Shown here in pieces: positions 1 to 7,962 of a stretch of DNA of 32,000 nt. This DNA comes from Vulcanisaeta distributa DSM 14429 (GTDB taxonomy: Archaea; Thermoproteota; Thermoprotei; Thermoproteales; Thermocladiaceae), in contig NC_014537.1 of assembly GCF_000148385.1 (NCBI RefSeq), positions 1,740,001 to 1,772,000 on the forward strand, given 5' to 3'. The position numbers and the translations under genes are program-made. Numbering within the stretch: position 1 is the stretch's first letter; each line of letters begins with the position of its first letter. Under the pieces are notes generated by a model. The model saw only the letters and a list, made by a program, of their open reading frames with translations, made no database searches and was not told the origin of the DNA.

Positions 1-584
1 AGGATTTAATGCCTAGGTTGGTCATATCGAAGCCTGATGGGACGTTCATGGTTCATGAATCTAATAAGGAGAAACCCAGGCTTTGGAATCCACCACCATC
101 TACGCTATATGCCTCAATAAATCTCGGCGTACTAACACTCAGGAGTGTTAGGGCAAGCCCTAGGGAGGTGGTTATGGTGGAGATACCTGTGATTAGGTTC
201 GTTAGCGCTGTGAGGCTTGGTATTACGTTGAATTACAGGGTCTTTGGTACTGAGGAGGACTTAGTAAATGCCATAGTAAGTAACCCAAGTATTGTTGAGG
301 ATGGACTACAAATAATCGCCAGGGAGTACCATACGATTGTTGGCGATATAGACCTACTGGGTAAGGACTCCAAGGGCAACCTTGTGGTTATTGAATGCAA
401 GAGGAGCCAGGCAGGTCCAGAGGCTGTTAATCAACTTAAGCGTTACGTAGAGCACTTAAGTCAAAAGGAGAGCAAAAACGTTAGGGGTATACTCGTTGCA
501 CCCTCAATATCGTCCGCAGCCTACCACTACTTAAGGCAGTACGGACTTGAGTTTAGGCGTGTTGAACCAAAGAGCTTAATTTAG
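1..584 (+). CDS. nucS: NucS/EndoMS-type endonuclease, 5' end cut by the window edge
   Basis: The reading frame stays open back to position 1, upstream of the ATG at 9. The translation shows the NucS pattern KPRLWNPPPS in the N-terminal half. The C-terminal half has a RecB-like nuclease core (GDIDLLGKD...LVVIECKR...QLKRYVEHL...GILVAP). About 190 aa are visible, which is short for this family (from memory roughly 250 aa), so the N-terminus probably lies outside the window. Confidence 0.8.
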   Translation, partial: DLMPRLVISKPDGTFMVHESNKEKPRLWNPPPSTLYASINLGVLTLRSVRASPREVVMVEIPVIRFVSAVRLGITLNYRVFGTEEDLVNAIVSNPSIVEDGLQIIAREYHTIVGDIDLLGKDSKGNLVVIECKRSQAGPEAVNQLKRYVEHLSQKESKNVRGILVAPSISSAAYHYLRQYGLEFRRVEPKSLI

Positions 585-585
585 A

Positions 586-1137
586 TCATGGTATTGCTGA
601 GAATAGTACTAGGAATACTACGGCGAGGATAACGGACATTATATACCAGCGCAGGGAAAGTATCGTTAGGTCCCTAAATTCCCTATTTCTTCCGTAATTA
701 ATCAGCAACAGCGTTAAAAGCAGACCATCTGTTGAGGGTATCGCGATTATGATCGATAGCAATATTGTCTCGGCCATTATTGACACGGCAGTACTGCTTG
801 ACACGGCATTCGTGGCAATACCAGCATAGACCCACTGCTCGGCCGTATTCCAAATACCAAAGAGCGGTATTAATGATGGACCTAACGACATCATTAGGTT
901 AGTTAGCTTGTAAGAGAAGGCTGCGACCTGGGACACTGATGATAACTTATTAATCATTGACTCCTCCTGATTAATTTCCTGGTTTACCTGGGATGCGAAT
1001 TGCTGGCCGGGCTTTACAGCATATCCAAGGAAGTAAGCCGCCAGATAAAGCAACAGTAGTACTAGGAATAGGTATATCCTGAACCTCCCCAACTTGCCTA
1101 CTATGGAAATCCTTATCCTTTCCTCCTGTGTTAGCAT
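586..1137 (-). CDS. polytopic membrane protein of unknown function, possibly SpoIIM/DUF95-like
   Basis: A 183-aa ORF with four to five long hydrophobic segments and a polar loop (QVNQEINQEESMINK). Its stop lies 2 nt from the nucS stop, in convergent orientation. The family guess comes only from overall layout. Confidence 0.5.
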   Translation of the reverse strand: MLTQEERIRISIVGKLGRFRIYLFLVLLLLYLAAYFLGYAVKPGQQFASQVNQEINQEESMINKLSSVSQVAAFSYKLTNLMMSLGPSLIPLFGIWNTAEQWVYAGIATNAVSSSTAVSIMAETILLSIIIAIPSTDGLLLTLLLINYGRNREFRDLTILSLRWYIMSVILAVVFLVLFSAIP

Positions 1138-1190
1138 TCATTACTCATTAATCGTGGGCTTTAAAAATGATTACTCTCTCACTTGGTTAA

Positions 1191-1886
1191 TCACGCCTTA
1201 AGCACTATGTGCTCAACACTATCCTTATAAGTCCTAGTGATTATACCCTGCTTCTCCAGATTCCTCAGTGCCAGGTCTATGTAGGTGACCTTAACCTTGA
1301 GGATCTCATCGCCATACCAATCAACCAACTTATTAATTATCTCATTCAAAGTCCACTCCCTCTTACCACCCTTAGACTCCTCGGTAAGTACCCTCCTTAT
1401 GAAGTTCGTAGTGTCTTCGGTGATATTCCACGGATAGACAAACCACGTCCAATCCCTAACCTCAATAGCCCAATAATCAGGCTTAAACTTGGCAACCGTC
1501 GATATCCACTGAAGGGCTGCTGTCCTTACCTCTACGTTTTTGTTATTACGTTCTATGTGCTCCTTAGCTAATTGTATAGAGTCCCCAGTATCAACTATGT
1601 CATCTATCACAAGAACCTTCTTACCGCTTAGATCAACGGATAAGGGGTACTTAATGTATGCCTTCTCAGCGACCTGGGCTGTTGATGGCCAATGAACAAC
1701 CTGGAGACTTATTAAGTCGGTAATGCCTAAGTAATCGCAGACGAGCCTGGCCGGTGCATAACCACCCCTGGCTATTGCAACTACGATATCCGGTAACCAA
1801 CCTGAATCCTTTATTTTCATTGATAATACCCTAGCCCACTCGGCTATTTCATCCCAACTAACAAGCCTTATTGGTACCTTAACCAC
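1191..1886 (-). CDS. purine (6-oxopurine/xanthine-guanine type) phosphoribosyltransferase with a C-terminal extension
   Basis: Contains the PRPP-binding motif KKVLVIDDIVDTGDS, and an N-terminal segment VVAIARGGYAPARLVCDYLG typical of type I PRTases. It has a GTG start. The C-terminal roughly 80 aa are additional and might form a winged helix. Confidence 0.7.
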   Translation of the reverse strand: MVKVPIRLVSWDEIAEWARVLSMKIKDSGWLPDIVVAIARGGYAPARLVCDYLGITDLISLQVVHWPSTAQVAEKAYIKYPLSVDLSGKKVLVIDDIVDTGDSIQLAKEHIERNNKNVEVRTAALQWISTVAKFKPDYWAIEVRDWTWFVYPWNITEDTTNFIRRVLTEESKGGKREWTLNEIINKLVDWYGDEILKVKVTYIDLALRNLEKQGIITRTYKDSVEHIVLKA

Positions 1887-1992
1887 GTTTTTTGATAATT
1901 CTCATGACTGATTTATAAATTTCATGCTCACGCTGAGATAATGCATTATTAATGCATTTAAACTTTGATGTTTGCTAATTCGGAAGTGCTTT

Positions 1993-2862
1993 ATGGCAAT
2001 TAGGTACTACATAATACTTGCGGTGGCGGTGACGGCAATATCCTGGGCATCAATATTAATACTACTGTCTGGCGCCCAACCAATAGCCGTGGCCTTTTGG
2101 AGGACTGCGATAGCTGCAGCAGTATTATCGCCACTACTTATAATTGAAAGAAAGAATAACGCCTATGCGCCATCAATTAATGAACTGACACTAATGGTAG
2201 TTAGCGGTATTGCATTGGCGACGCACTTCATGACCTGGATTGAGAGCCTATACCTAACCACGGTAGCCGCAAGCACCACGCTGGTCTCAACATACCCAAT
2301 ATTCACATTGGCAATGGGTAGATTAATAGGTGAGAGGGTTGGCAAGCGATCAATAATAGGCACCTTAACCGCCTTCCTAGGCATTGTATTAATTACAGTA
2401 CCTGAATTTTACGTGAACACAAAGGCCCTAATCGGTGATCTACTCGCGTTGGCTGGTGCCGTGTCTGGTGCTGTGTATTTCCTAATCGGTAGGTTCATCA
2501 GGGTTAAAGCATCTTTGGCGACATATACCGTGCCTGTTTACAGCGTTTCAGCAGTAACGACGTTAATTGTTGGCTTAATAATGCACACTAGGTTCTGGCC
2601 CTATCCACTGTATACCTGGTTCTACATATCAATGATCGTACTTGGCCCAATGCTACTTGGTCATACATTATTGAATTACTCCCTTAGGTATTCAAGGGCC
2701 ATAACCGTAACCACATCGACATTGGGAGAGCCAATTGGTGCCTCATTACTTGCATTCGCGATATTTCACCAGGTTCCTCAGGCATTAACCATAGTTGGTA
2801 TTGTCATCACACTACTTGGTATTTACATGGTTGTTTCTGAGGAGGTTCATGGAGGGACTTAA
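1993..2862 (+). CDS. DMT-superfamily (EamA-like) permease
   Basis: About 10 hydrophobic helices arranged as two similar halves, rich in Gly/Ala/Leu. The ORF track starts at a TTG (1972). I prefer the ATG at 1993 because a TATA-like catttaaac sits about 30-35 nt upstream of it. Confidence 0.75.
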   Translation: MAIRYYIILAVAVTAISWASILILLSGAQPIAVAFWRTAIAAAVLSPLLIIERKNNAYAPSINELTLMVVSGIALATHFMTWIESLYLTTVAASTTLVSTYPIFTLAMGRLIGERVGKRSIIGTLTAFLGIVLITVPEFYVNTKALIGDLLALAGAVSGAVYFLIGRFIRVKASLATYTVPVYSVSAVTTLIVGLIMHTRFWPYPLYTWFYISMIVLGPMLLGHTLLNYSLRYSRAITVTTSTLGEPIGASLLAFAIFHQVPQALTIVGIVITLLGIYMVVSEEVHGGT

Positions 2863-2918
2863 GTGTGGATTAGGTAAATTAATTAGTTCTTTTCTTTCCT
2901 CCTTTAAGTGGGAATTCT

Positions 2919-3707
2919 GTGGATTGCGTTGTAATAGTCGATTCGCGTGAGTACGAAACAGCTGAGGAGGTCGTTAAATGGATTAAGAGGTTAGGCTGTA
3001 ATGTCATTCCTCGTAAACTCGACATTGGCGATTACGTATTACCTAATAATGTTGGTGTTGAGCGTAAGAGGGCCATGGACTTCATATCGTCAATAGTTGA
3101 TGGCAGATTATTTGAGCAGAGCAGGGAATTACTCCGTGCATTCGATAGGGCCTACATAATTATTGAGGGCGATTTATGGAGGGCCATTAATAGGAGGGAT
3201 GTACATAGGCACTCAGTACTTGGCGCATTGAGTACGTTAATTGACATGGGTATTAGGATCCTGTACACGCCTGATGAGGAGGGTACGGCTTATGTCCTGA
3301 AGTCCTTGGCAGAGAAGGCGGGAAGTAGGGGTATCAAGACAATACCTATTAAGAGAAGCGAAACGATTAGGGATGCTCAGATTCAATTCCTATCATCATT
3401 GCCTGGCATAGGTCCAAAGAGGGCTGAGGCATTATTGAAAGCCTTTGGAACTCCACTCGACGCACTGAATAATTTAGGGCAGTGGACCAGGAGGGTTGAT
3501 AATATTAATGAGGGCATAGTTAGCATTGTTAGGAAGGTATTAACTACGAAGTATGGTGACGAAGAAAATGGCACAGTCATTCCAATAGACGAGGCCATTA
3601 AGGAAATGAGTGAGGGTAAAAGCGATACCGATAATAGAGAGAATAAAAAGGTTGGAGATAGTATTAATAATAGGCGCAATATAACGGATTTCCTCGGTGA
3701 TAAATAA
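2919..3707 (+). CDS. xpf: short-form XPF/ERCC4 structure-specific nuclease with a tandem helix-hairpin-helix domain
   Basis: The ERCC4 nuclease core is visible (VIVDSRE...GDYVL...VERKRAMDFISSIVDGRLFEQ...IIIEGD). It is followed by the HhH2 segment LSSLPGIGPKRAEALLKAFGTPLDAL. The start codon is GTG. Confidence 0.8.
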   Translation: MDCVVIVDSREYETAEEVVKWIKRLGCNVIPRKLDIGDYVLPNNVGVERKRAMDFISSIVDGRLFEQSRELLRAFDRAYIIIEGDLWRAINRRDVHRHSVLGALSTLIDMGIRILYTPDEEGTAYVLKSLAEKAGSRGIKTIPIKRSETIRDAQIQFLSSLPGIGPKRAEALLKAFGTPLDALNNLGQWTRRVDNINEGIVSIVRKVLTTKYGDEENGTVIPIDEAIKEMSEGKSDTDNRENKKVGDSINNRRNITDFLGDK

Positions 3708-3886
3708 TGGTAATCACATGCCCATACTGCGGCATGAATAACTGGGCAATGGTGCAATTCCTAAGTAGAAGGGGTAGTGAGAACTTCATAATTGCATGCC
3801 GCTGTAATAACTGCGGCAAGATTTTTTATTTATATAAGACGAAATTCGCAACATTAACCTATAAATTAGAAGATATAGGTCTTTAA
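3707..3886 (+). CDS. 59-aa zinc-ribbon miniprotein (not in the supplied ORF track)
   Basis: The ATG at 3707 overlaps the xpf stop codon (TAATG). My own translation is MVITCPYCGMNNWAMVQFLSRRGSENFIIACRCNNCGKIFYLYKTKFATLTYKLEDIGL. Two CxxC pairs (CPYC and CNNC) are spaced about 25 residues apart, as in a 4-Cys zinc ribbon. Confidence 0.45.
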   Translation: MVITCPYCGMNNWAMVQFLSRRGSENFIIACRCNNCGKIFYLYKTKFATLTYKLEDIGL

Positions 3887-3926
3887 AACACATGTAATTC
3901 CTTACATGTAAAAAGAGGAAAAATCC

Positions 3927-3935
3927 TTAAATATT
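3927..3935 (+). promoter_or_regulatory. TATA-like box of the histone gene
   Basis: The sequence ttaaatatt is centred about 26 nt upstream of the ATG at 3957. That is the spacing expected for a leaderless archaeal mRNA. Confidence 0.45.
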
Positions 3936-3956
3936 AATCCCTAAAGAAGATCATTA

Positions 3957-4187
3957 ATGCCGGAATTACCACTGGCACCAATAGATAGAATTTTCCATAA
4001 GGCGGGTGCTGAAAGGGTTGGTGAAGATGCAATACAAGCATTGAGAGATATCCTTGAGTATATTGCGTTTGATATAGCATCAAAGAGCATAGAATTAGCG
4101 AGACATGCTGGAAGAAAGACAGTAACAGCTGACGATGTTAAAACAGCAATTAGAATTCTCAGATGTATACCTGCGCCAACATCATAA
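3957..4187 (+). CDS. archaeal histone (HMf-type histone fold)
   Basis: The 76-aa product aligns by eye along its whole length with the HMfB pattern (ELPLAPIDRI..KAGAERV..DA...L...LE.....IA..SIELARHAGRKTVTADDVKTAI). It carries a short extra C-terminal tail, RCIPAPTS. Confidence 0.85.
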   Translation: MPELPLAPIDRIFHKAGAERVGEDAIQALRDILEYIAFDIASKSIELARHAGRKTVTADDVKTAIRILRCIPAPTS

Positions 4188-4239
4188 TGCCACTATTTAA
4201 ATATGAAATATAATTAAATTTATTTATTTTAATTATTCA

Positions 4240-4632
4240 TTACTCGCTTGATCTATCTGCATAATTAACAATGTACCTCCTCGGCTTAAGGACACTAACG
4301 ATGTAATTAAATGCCTTATCGGGCATGCTGTGATCACCACACGTGTATACGTCAACCGTGGCAAACCTATAGACTGGCCATGTGTGTATTGCTATGTGGC
4401 TCTCCACAACTAACGCCAACACGCTCACCCCCTCCTTATCACCATTTATGAACTTCCATGACTTGACTTCGACTAAGTGGACATTGGCTATCTCGGCAGC
4501 CTTTATTACCAATGACCGTAGGAATTTCTCATCACTTAGAATGTTCGGGTCAACCCCGTATAAATTACCATACACGTGCTTACCGATCACCCCATTTAAC
4601 CTTTCGTACTCCAATTGGGATGTTGTAGACAT
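4240..4632 (-). CDS. speH: small pyruvoyl-dependent AdoMet-decarboxylase-family proenzyme (AdoMetDC, or the crenarchaeal arginine-decarboxylase paralogue)
   Basis: The length (130 aa) and the self-cleavage/active-site block LVVESHIAIHTWP, with its Glu-Ser processing site, match class 1 AdoMetDC. Substrate cannot be decided from sequence alone. Confidence 0.75.
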   Translation of the reverse strand: MSTTSQLEYERLNGVIGKHVYGNLYGVDPNILSDEKFLRSLVIKAAEIANVHLVEVKSWKFINGDKEGVSVLALVVESHIAIHTWPVYRFATVDVYTCGDHSMPDKAFNYIVSVLKPRRYIVNYADRSSE

Positions 4633-4702
4633 GGCTTTGGGTTCTAAGACCTCGGTATAGGCATGCCTTTAAATTCTTTTCCTTTAAATAAAAGAGGGAG
4701 AT

Positions 4703-5167
4703 ATGAATGCGTCCGTGCCCTATGTGCCTACACCACGTGACGTTGCCATTGAAATGCTTAAGTTAGCAAATGTGAGGCCTGGGGAGGTCGTTGTAGACCC
4801 AGGCGCTGGTGAATGCGGTATCATTATATTGGCGGTTACGATGTTCAATGCCGTTGGAATAGGTATTGAGATTAACCCAGCCCTGGTCAGGTCCTGCATT
4901 GAGTCCTTTGAGAGAATGGGATTGAGGGGTAAGGCATATATCGTATGGGGTGACCTATTTGACTTTGATTATTCAATAGCCGACGTCGTGACATTGTACT
5001 TAGGCAGTGATGTTAATGAGAAGTTAAGGCCTAAATTAAGTAGGGAGCTTAAGCGTGGATCCCGTGTAGTTAGCCATGATTTTGAGGTGCCTGGCTGGCG
5101 GCCTATAAGTACTATCGATGTTAATGGACCATTTAGAACACACAGAATTTATTTATATATCATTTAA
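4703..5167 (+). CDS. small class I SAM-dependent methyltransferase resembling crenarchaeal protein lysine methyltransferase aKMT
   Basis: Shows the N-terminal VPYVPTP motif, SAM motif I VVDPGAGECG, and a C-terminal block VVSHDFEVPGWRP...HRIYLYI. Both the size (154 aa) and these blocks match my memory of Sulfolobus aKMT. No search was run to confirm this. Confidence 0.55.
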   Translation: MNASVPYVPTPRDVAIEMLKLANVRPGEVVVDPGAGECGIIILAVTMFNAVGIGIEINPALVRSCIESFERMGLRGKAYIVWGDLFDFDYSIADVVTLYLGSDVNEKLRPKLSRELKRGSRVVSHDFEVPGWRPISTIDVNGPFRTHRIYLYII

Positions 5168-5180
5168 ATGATGAAACCCC

Positions 5181-6215
5181 GTGGATTATAGCAATGATTT
5201 AACGGAATTATTAGGTGCATACTTAGTACCACTTAAGGGAATTGAGGAAATATTAAGTAAGGGTGATAAGGGCAGTAAGTTACTGGTCGAAACTCCCCTT
5301 GGATTTAAGAATGTTGGGCTAGAGGTTGTACGGTATCTAAATAATAAGGGCTATAGGGCATATTTAAGCGGTCAGAATGTTTGGGGAGCCTGTGATTTCT
5401 CGGTGGTGGGTGATTATCAATACGTAATTCACCTAGGCCATGCCTTACCACCCAATATTTTTCGTATAATAAGTAGTAATTTTAGGTTAAGGAGGAGTGA
5501 ATTTAATGATGTTATTATCGTTGAAATTGAGAATGGACCCACGGTGCTATTCTCGGCTATTTACTACGAACCAAAGCCTGAATTATTAAGTAAGGCTAAG
5601 GATGCCCTTAGTAATTTCATTAGGTCAGGCATTAATCCTTTCATAGCATATTCATTACCGTATAAGTTATATGCCCATGAAATTGCTAAGATACTTAACG
5701 CACCAATAGCGCCTGGCCCCATAACTGGTTGCTTCATACAATTTCCAATACCGAACACGATCCTATTCATAGGCTCTGGGTACTTTTACCCATTAACGTT
5801 TAAGTTACTAAGGCCTCAAACCACCGTATACCTATTCGACGTTTTTAGGAGTGTGATTGAGAATGTAGATAATGTATACCGCAGGTACTTGGCTATGAAG
5901 GTTAAGGCAATTCAGGATTTCGATAATGCGAGGTCCGTGGGTATCATCATCTCAAGAAAGCCTGGCCAATATAGGCCTGACTTAATTGAGGCGTTGATTA
6001 ATAGGTTAAGGAGGTTGGGTAAGGAATTCGTAATTATTGATTTGAATGAGGTCTCGCCTGACTATGTTAATAACTTGCCTGCGGATGCCGTGGTAAATAC
6101 GGCATGTCCGAGGATTGGCATTGACGATCTTGATAGGTTTACGAAGCCTGTCGTTAATGCTGGTGATGTCCTTAAGGTGAATTCACGTGATTTGAGTAAT
6201 TTATTGGTGTGGTGA
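5181..6215 (+). CDS. dph2: diphthamide biosynthesis enzyme Dph2 (2-(3-amino-3-carboxypropyl)histidine synthase)
   Basis: A 344-aa product with a GTG start. The characteristic C-terminal motif NTACPRIGIDD is present, with additional Cys at GACDF and TGCF. These are spaced as in the three-domain archaeal Dph2. Confidence 0.8.
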   Translation: MDYSNDLTELLGAYLVPLKGIEEILSKGDKGSKLLVETPLGFKNVGLEVVRYLNNKGYRAYLSGQNVWGACDFSVVGDYQYVIHLGHALPPNIFRIISSNFRLRRSEFNDVIIVEIENGPTVLFSAIYYEPKPELLSKAKDALSNFIRSGINPFIAYSLPYKLYAHEIAKILNAPIAPGPITGCFIQFPIPNTILFIGSGYFYPLTFKLLRPQTTVYLFDVFRSVIENVDNVYRRYLAMKVKAIQDFDNARSVGIIISRKPGQYRPDLIEALINRLRRLGKEFVIIDLNEVSPDYVNNLPADAVVNTACPRIGIDDLDRFTKPVVNAGDVLKVNSRDLSNLLVW

Positions 6216-6246
6216 TGCAGTGTTTAATCTTCATGGGAAAGAAAGG

Positions 6247-6254
6247 TTTTTATA
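6247..6254 (+). promoter_or_regulatory. TATA-like box of the thermosome gene
   Basis: The sequence tttttata is centred about 26 nt upstream of the ATG at 6277. Confidence 0.45.
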
Positions 6255-6276
6255 GAAGTGCTTTACGGAGTCGCCG

Positions 6277-7962
6277 ATGAGCAGCGGTACACAGGCATAT
6301 CTAGCACAGATCGGCGGTGTGCCAGTACTGGTATTGAAAGAGGGAACTCAAAGGGCCTTTGGTAAGGAGGCAATGAGAATAAACATAATGGTTGCCAAGG
6401 CTGTCGCTGAGGTTATGAAGTCGACACTCGGTCCTAAGGGCATGGATAAGATGCTCATTGACAGCCTTGGTGACATAACAATAACAAATGATGGAGCAAC
6501 AATACTTGATGAGATGGATGTACAGCACCCAATTGGTAAGTTACTTGTTGAGATTGCTAAGACTCAGGATGATGAGGTTGGTGATGGAACAACAACAGCC
6601 GTAATACTAGCCGGCGCATTACTTGAGGAGGCGGAGAAATTGCTTGATAAGAATATACACCCAACAGTCGTTGTTTCAGGATTTAAGAAGGCACTTGATG
6701 TTGCAACGGAGCACTTAAGGAAGATCGCAGTCCCTGTGAAGAGGGATGATGTTGCAACGCTTAAGAAGGTAGCATCCACGGCAATGCACGGAAAGATTAG
6801 TGAGACGGTTAAGGACTACTTCGCCGAGCTCGCCGTTAAGGCCATGTTACAGGTAGCTGAGGAGAGGAATGGAAAGTGGATTGCCGACCTGGATAATGTG
6901 CAGATTGTTAAGAAGCACGGTGGCGCCCTTGAGGATACGCAGCTGGTCTATGGTATTGTGATTGATAAGGAGGTTGTCCACGCAGCCATGCCCAAGAGGG
7001 TTGTTAATGCAAAGATCGCCTTACTTGATGCACCGCTTGAGGTTGAGAAGCCAGAGATCGATGCGGAGATTAGGATTAACGACCCCAACCAAATAAGGGC
7101 GTTCCTTGAGGAGGAGGAGAACATACTGAAGTCCTACGTTGACAAATTCAAGGCACTTGGGGTAAATGCCGTCTTCACGACGAAGGGCATTGACGACATG
7201 GCTCAGTACTACCTGGCAAAGGCTGGCATCCTAGCTGTTAGGAGGGTTAAGAGGAGTGACATTGAGAAGTTAGTAAGAGCAACCGGTGGTAGGCTAGTGA
7301 CTAATATTGAGGATATGACGGAGGCAGACCTAGGCTTTGCAGGTCTTGTTGAGGAGAGGAGGGTTGGAGATGAGAAGATGGTCTTTGTTGAGCAGTGCAA
7401 GAACCCGAAGGCAGTAAGTATATTGATTAGGGGTGGCTTCGAGAGACTCGTTGACGAGGCCGAGAGGAACCTAACCGATGCGCTCAGCGTGGTTTCTGAC
7501 GTCATTGAGGAGCCCTATGTACTACCTGGCGGTGGAGCACCGGAGATGGAGGTTGCCAAGGTCGTTAGGCAATTCGCGGCTAAGGTTGGCGGCAGGGAAC
7601 AGTACGCGGTGGAGGCCTTTGCAAATGCTGTTGAGGTAATACCAAAGACACTAGCCGAGAATGCAGGTCTTGACGCAGTTGACGTATTAACAGAGCTAAG
7701 GCACATACATGAGAGTAAGGAGGATGGCTGGAAGTACGGTATTAACGCCTTCACGGGCAAGGTTGCCGATATGTGGTCCATTGACGTAATAGAACCATTA
7801 ACCGTTAAGTTACAGGCATTGAAGGCTGCCGTTGAGGCCGCCACAATGGTACTGAGGATTGATGAGATAATTGCCGCTAGCAAGATTGAGAGTGAGAAGA
7901 AGGAGGAGAAGAAAGAGGGCGAGGAGAGCAAGAGCGAGAGTTCCTCAAGTTCACTTGATTAA
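6277..7962 (+). CDS. ths: thermosome subunit (group II chaperonin)
   Basis: Canonical motifs are present: LGPKGMDKML, ITNDGATIL and the ATP-binding motif DDEVGDGTTT. It is 561 aa long and has a Glu/Lys/Ser-rich C-terminal tail. Confidence 0.95.
   Translation: MSSGTQAYLAQIGGVPVLVLKEGTQRAFGKEAMRINIMVAKAVAEVMKSTLGPKGMDKMLIDSLGDITITNDGATILDEMDVQHPIGKLLVEIAKTQDDEVGDGTTTAVILAGALLEEAEKLLDKNIHPTVVVSGFKKALDVATEHLRKIAVPVKRDDVATLKKVASTAMHGKISETVKDYFAELAVKAMLQVAEERNGKWIADLDNVQIVKKHGGALEDTQLVYGIVIDKEVVHAAMPKRVVNAKIALLDAPLEVEKPEIDAEIRINDPNQIRAFLEEEENILKSYVDKFKALGVNAVFTTKGIDDMAQYYLAKAGILAVRRVKRSDIEKLVRATGGRLVTNIEDMTEADLGFAGLVEERRVGDEKMVFVEQCKNPKAVSILIRGGFERLVDEAERNLTDALSVVSDVIEEPYVLPGGGAPEMEVAKVVRQFAAKVGGREQYAVEAFANAVEVIPKTLAENAGLDAVDVLTELRHIHESKEDGWKYGINAFTGKVADMWSIDVIEPLTVKLQALKAAVEAATMVLRIDEIIAASKIESEKKEEKKEGEESKSESSSSSLD

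Noticed and set aside
1209-1571. 120-aa plus-strand ORF antisense to the PRTase gene, and similar antisense or overlapping ORFs (2163..2384, 3383..3757, 4382..4660, 9374..9652, 12339..12671, 16120..16797, 17120..17689, 18127..18857, 25736..26131, 26206..26469, 27411..27761, 28621..28836, 29941..30195)
   Set aside because: Each lies wholly within a longer ORF on the other strand or frame that has clear family motifs. Their composition is low-complexity or atypical.
6301-7931. Several 70-140-aa minus-strand ORFs inside the thermosome gene (6301..6528, 6564..6779, 7209..7505, 7515..7931)
   Set aside because: These are Ser/Thr/Ala/Leu-rich antisense translations of a very confidently assigned gene. 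This is a typical antisense-frame artefact.
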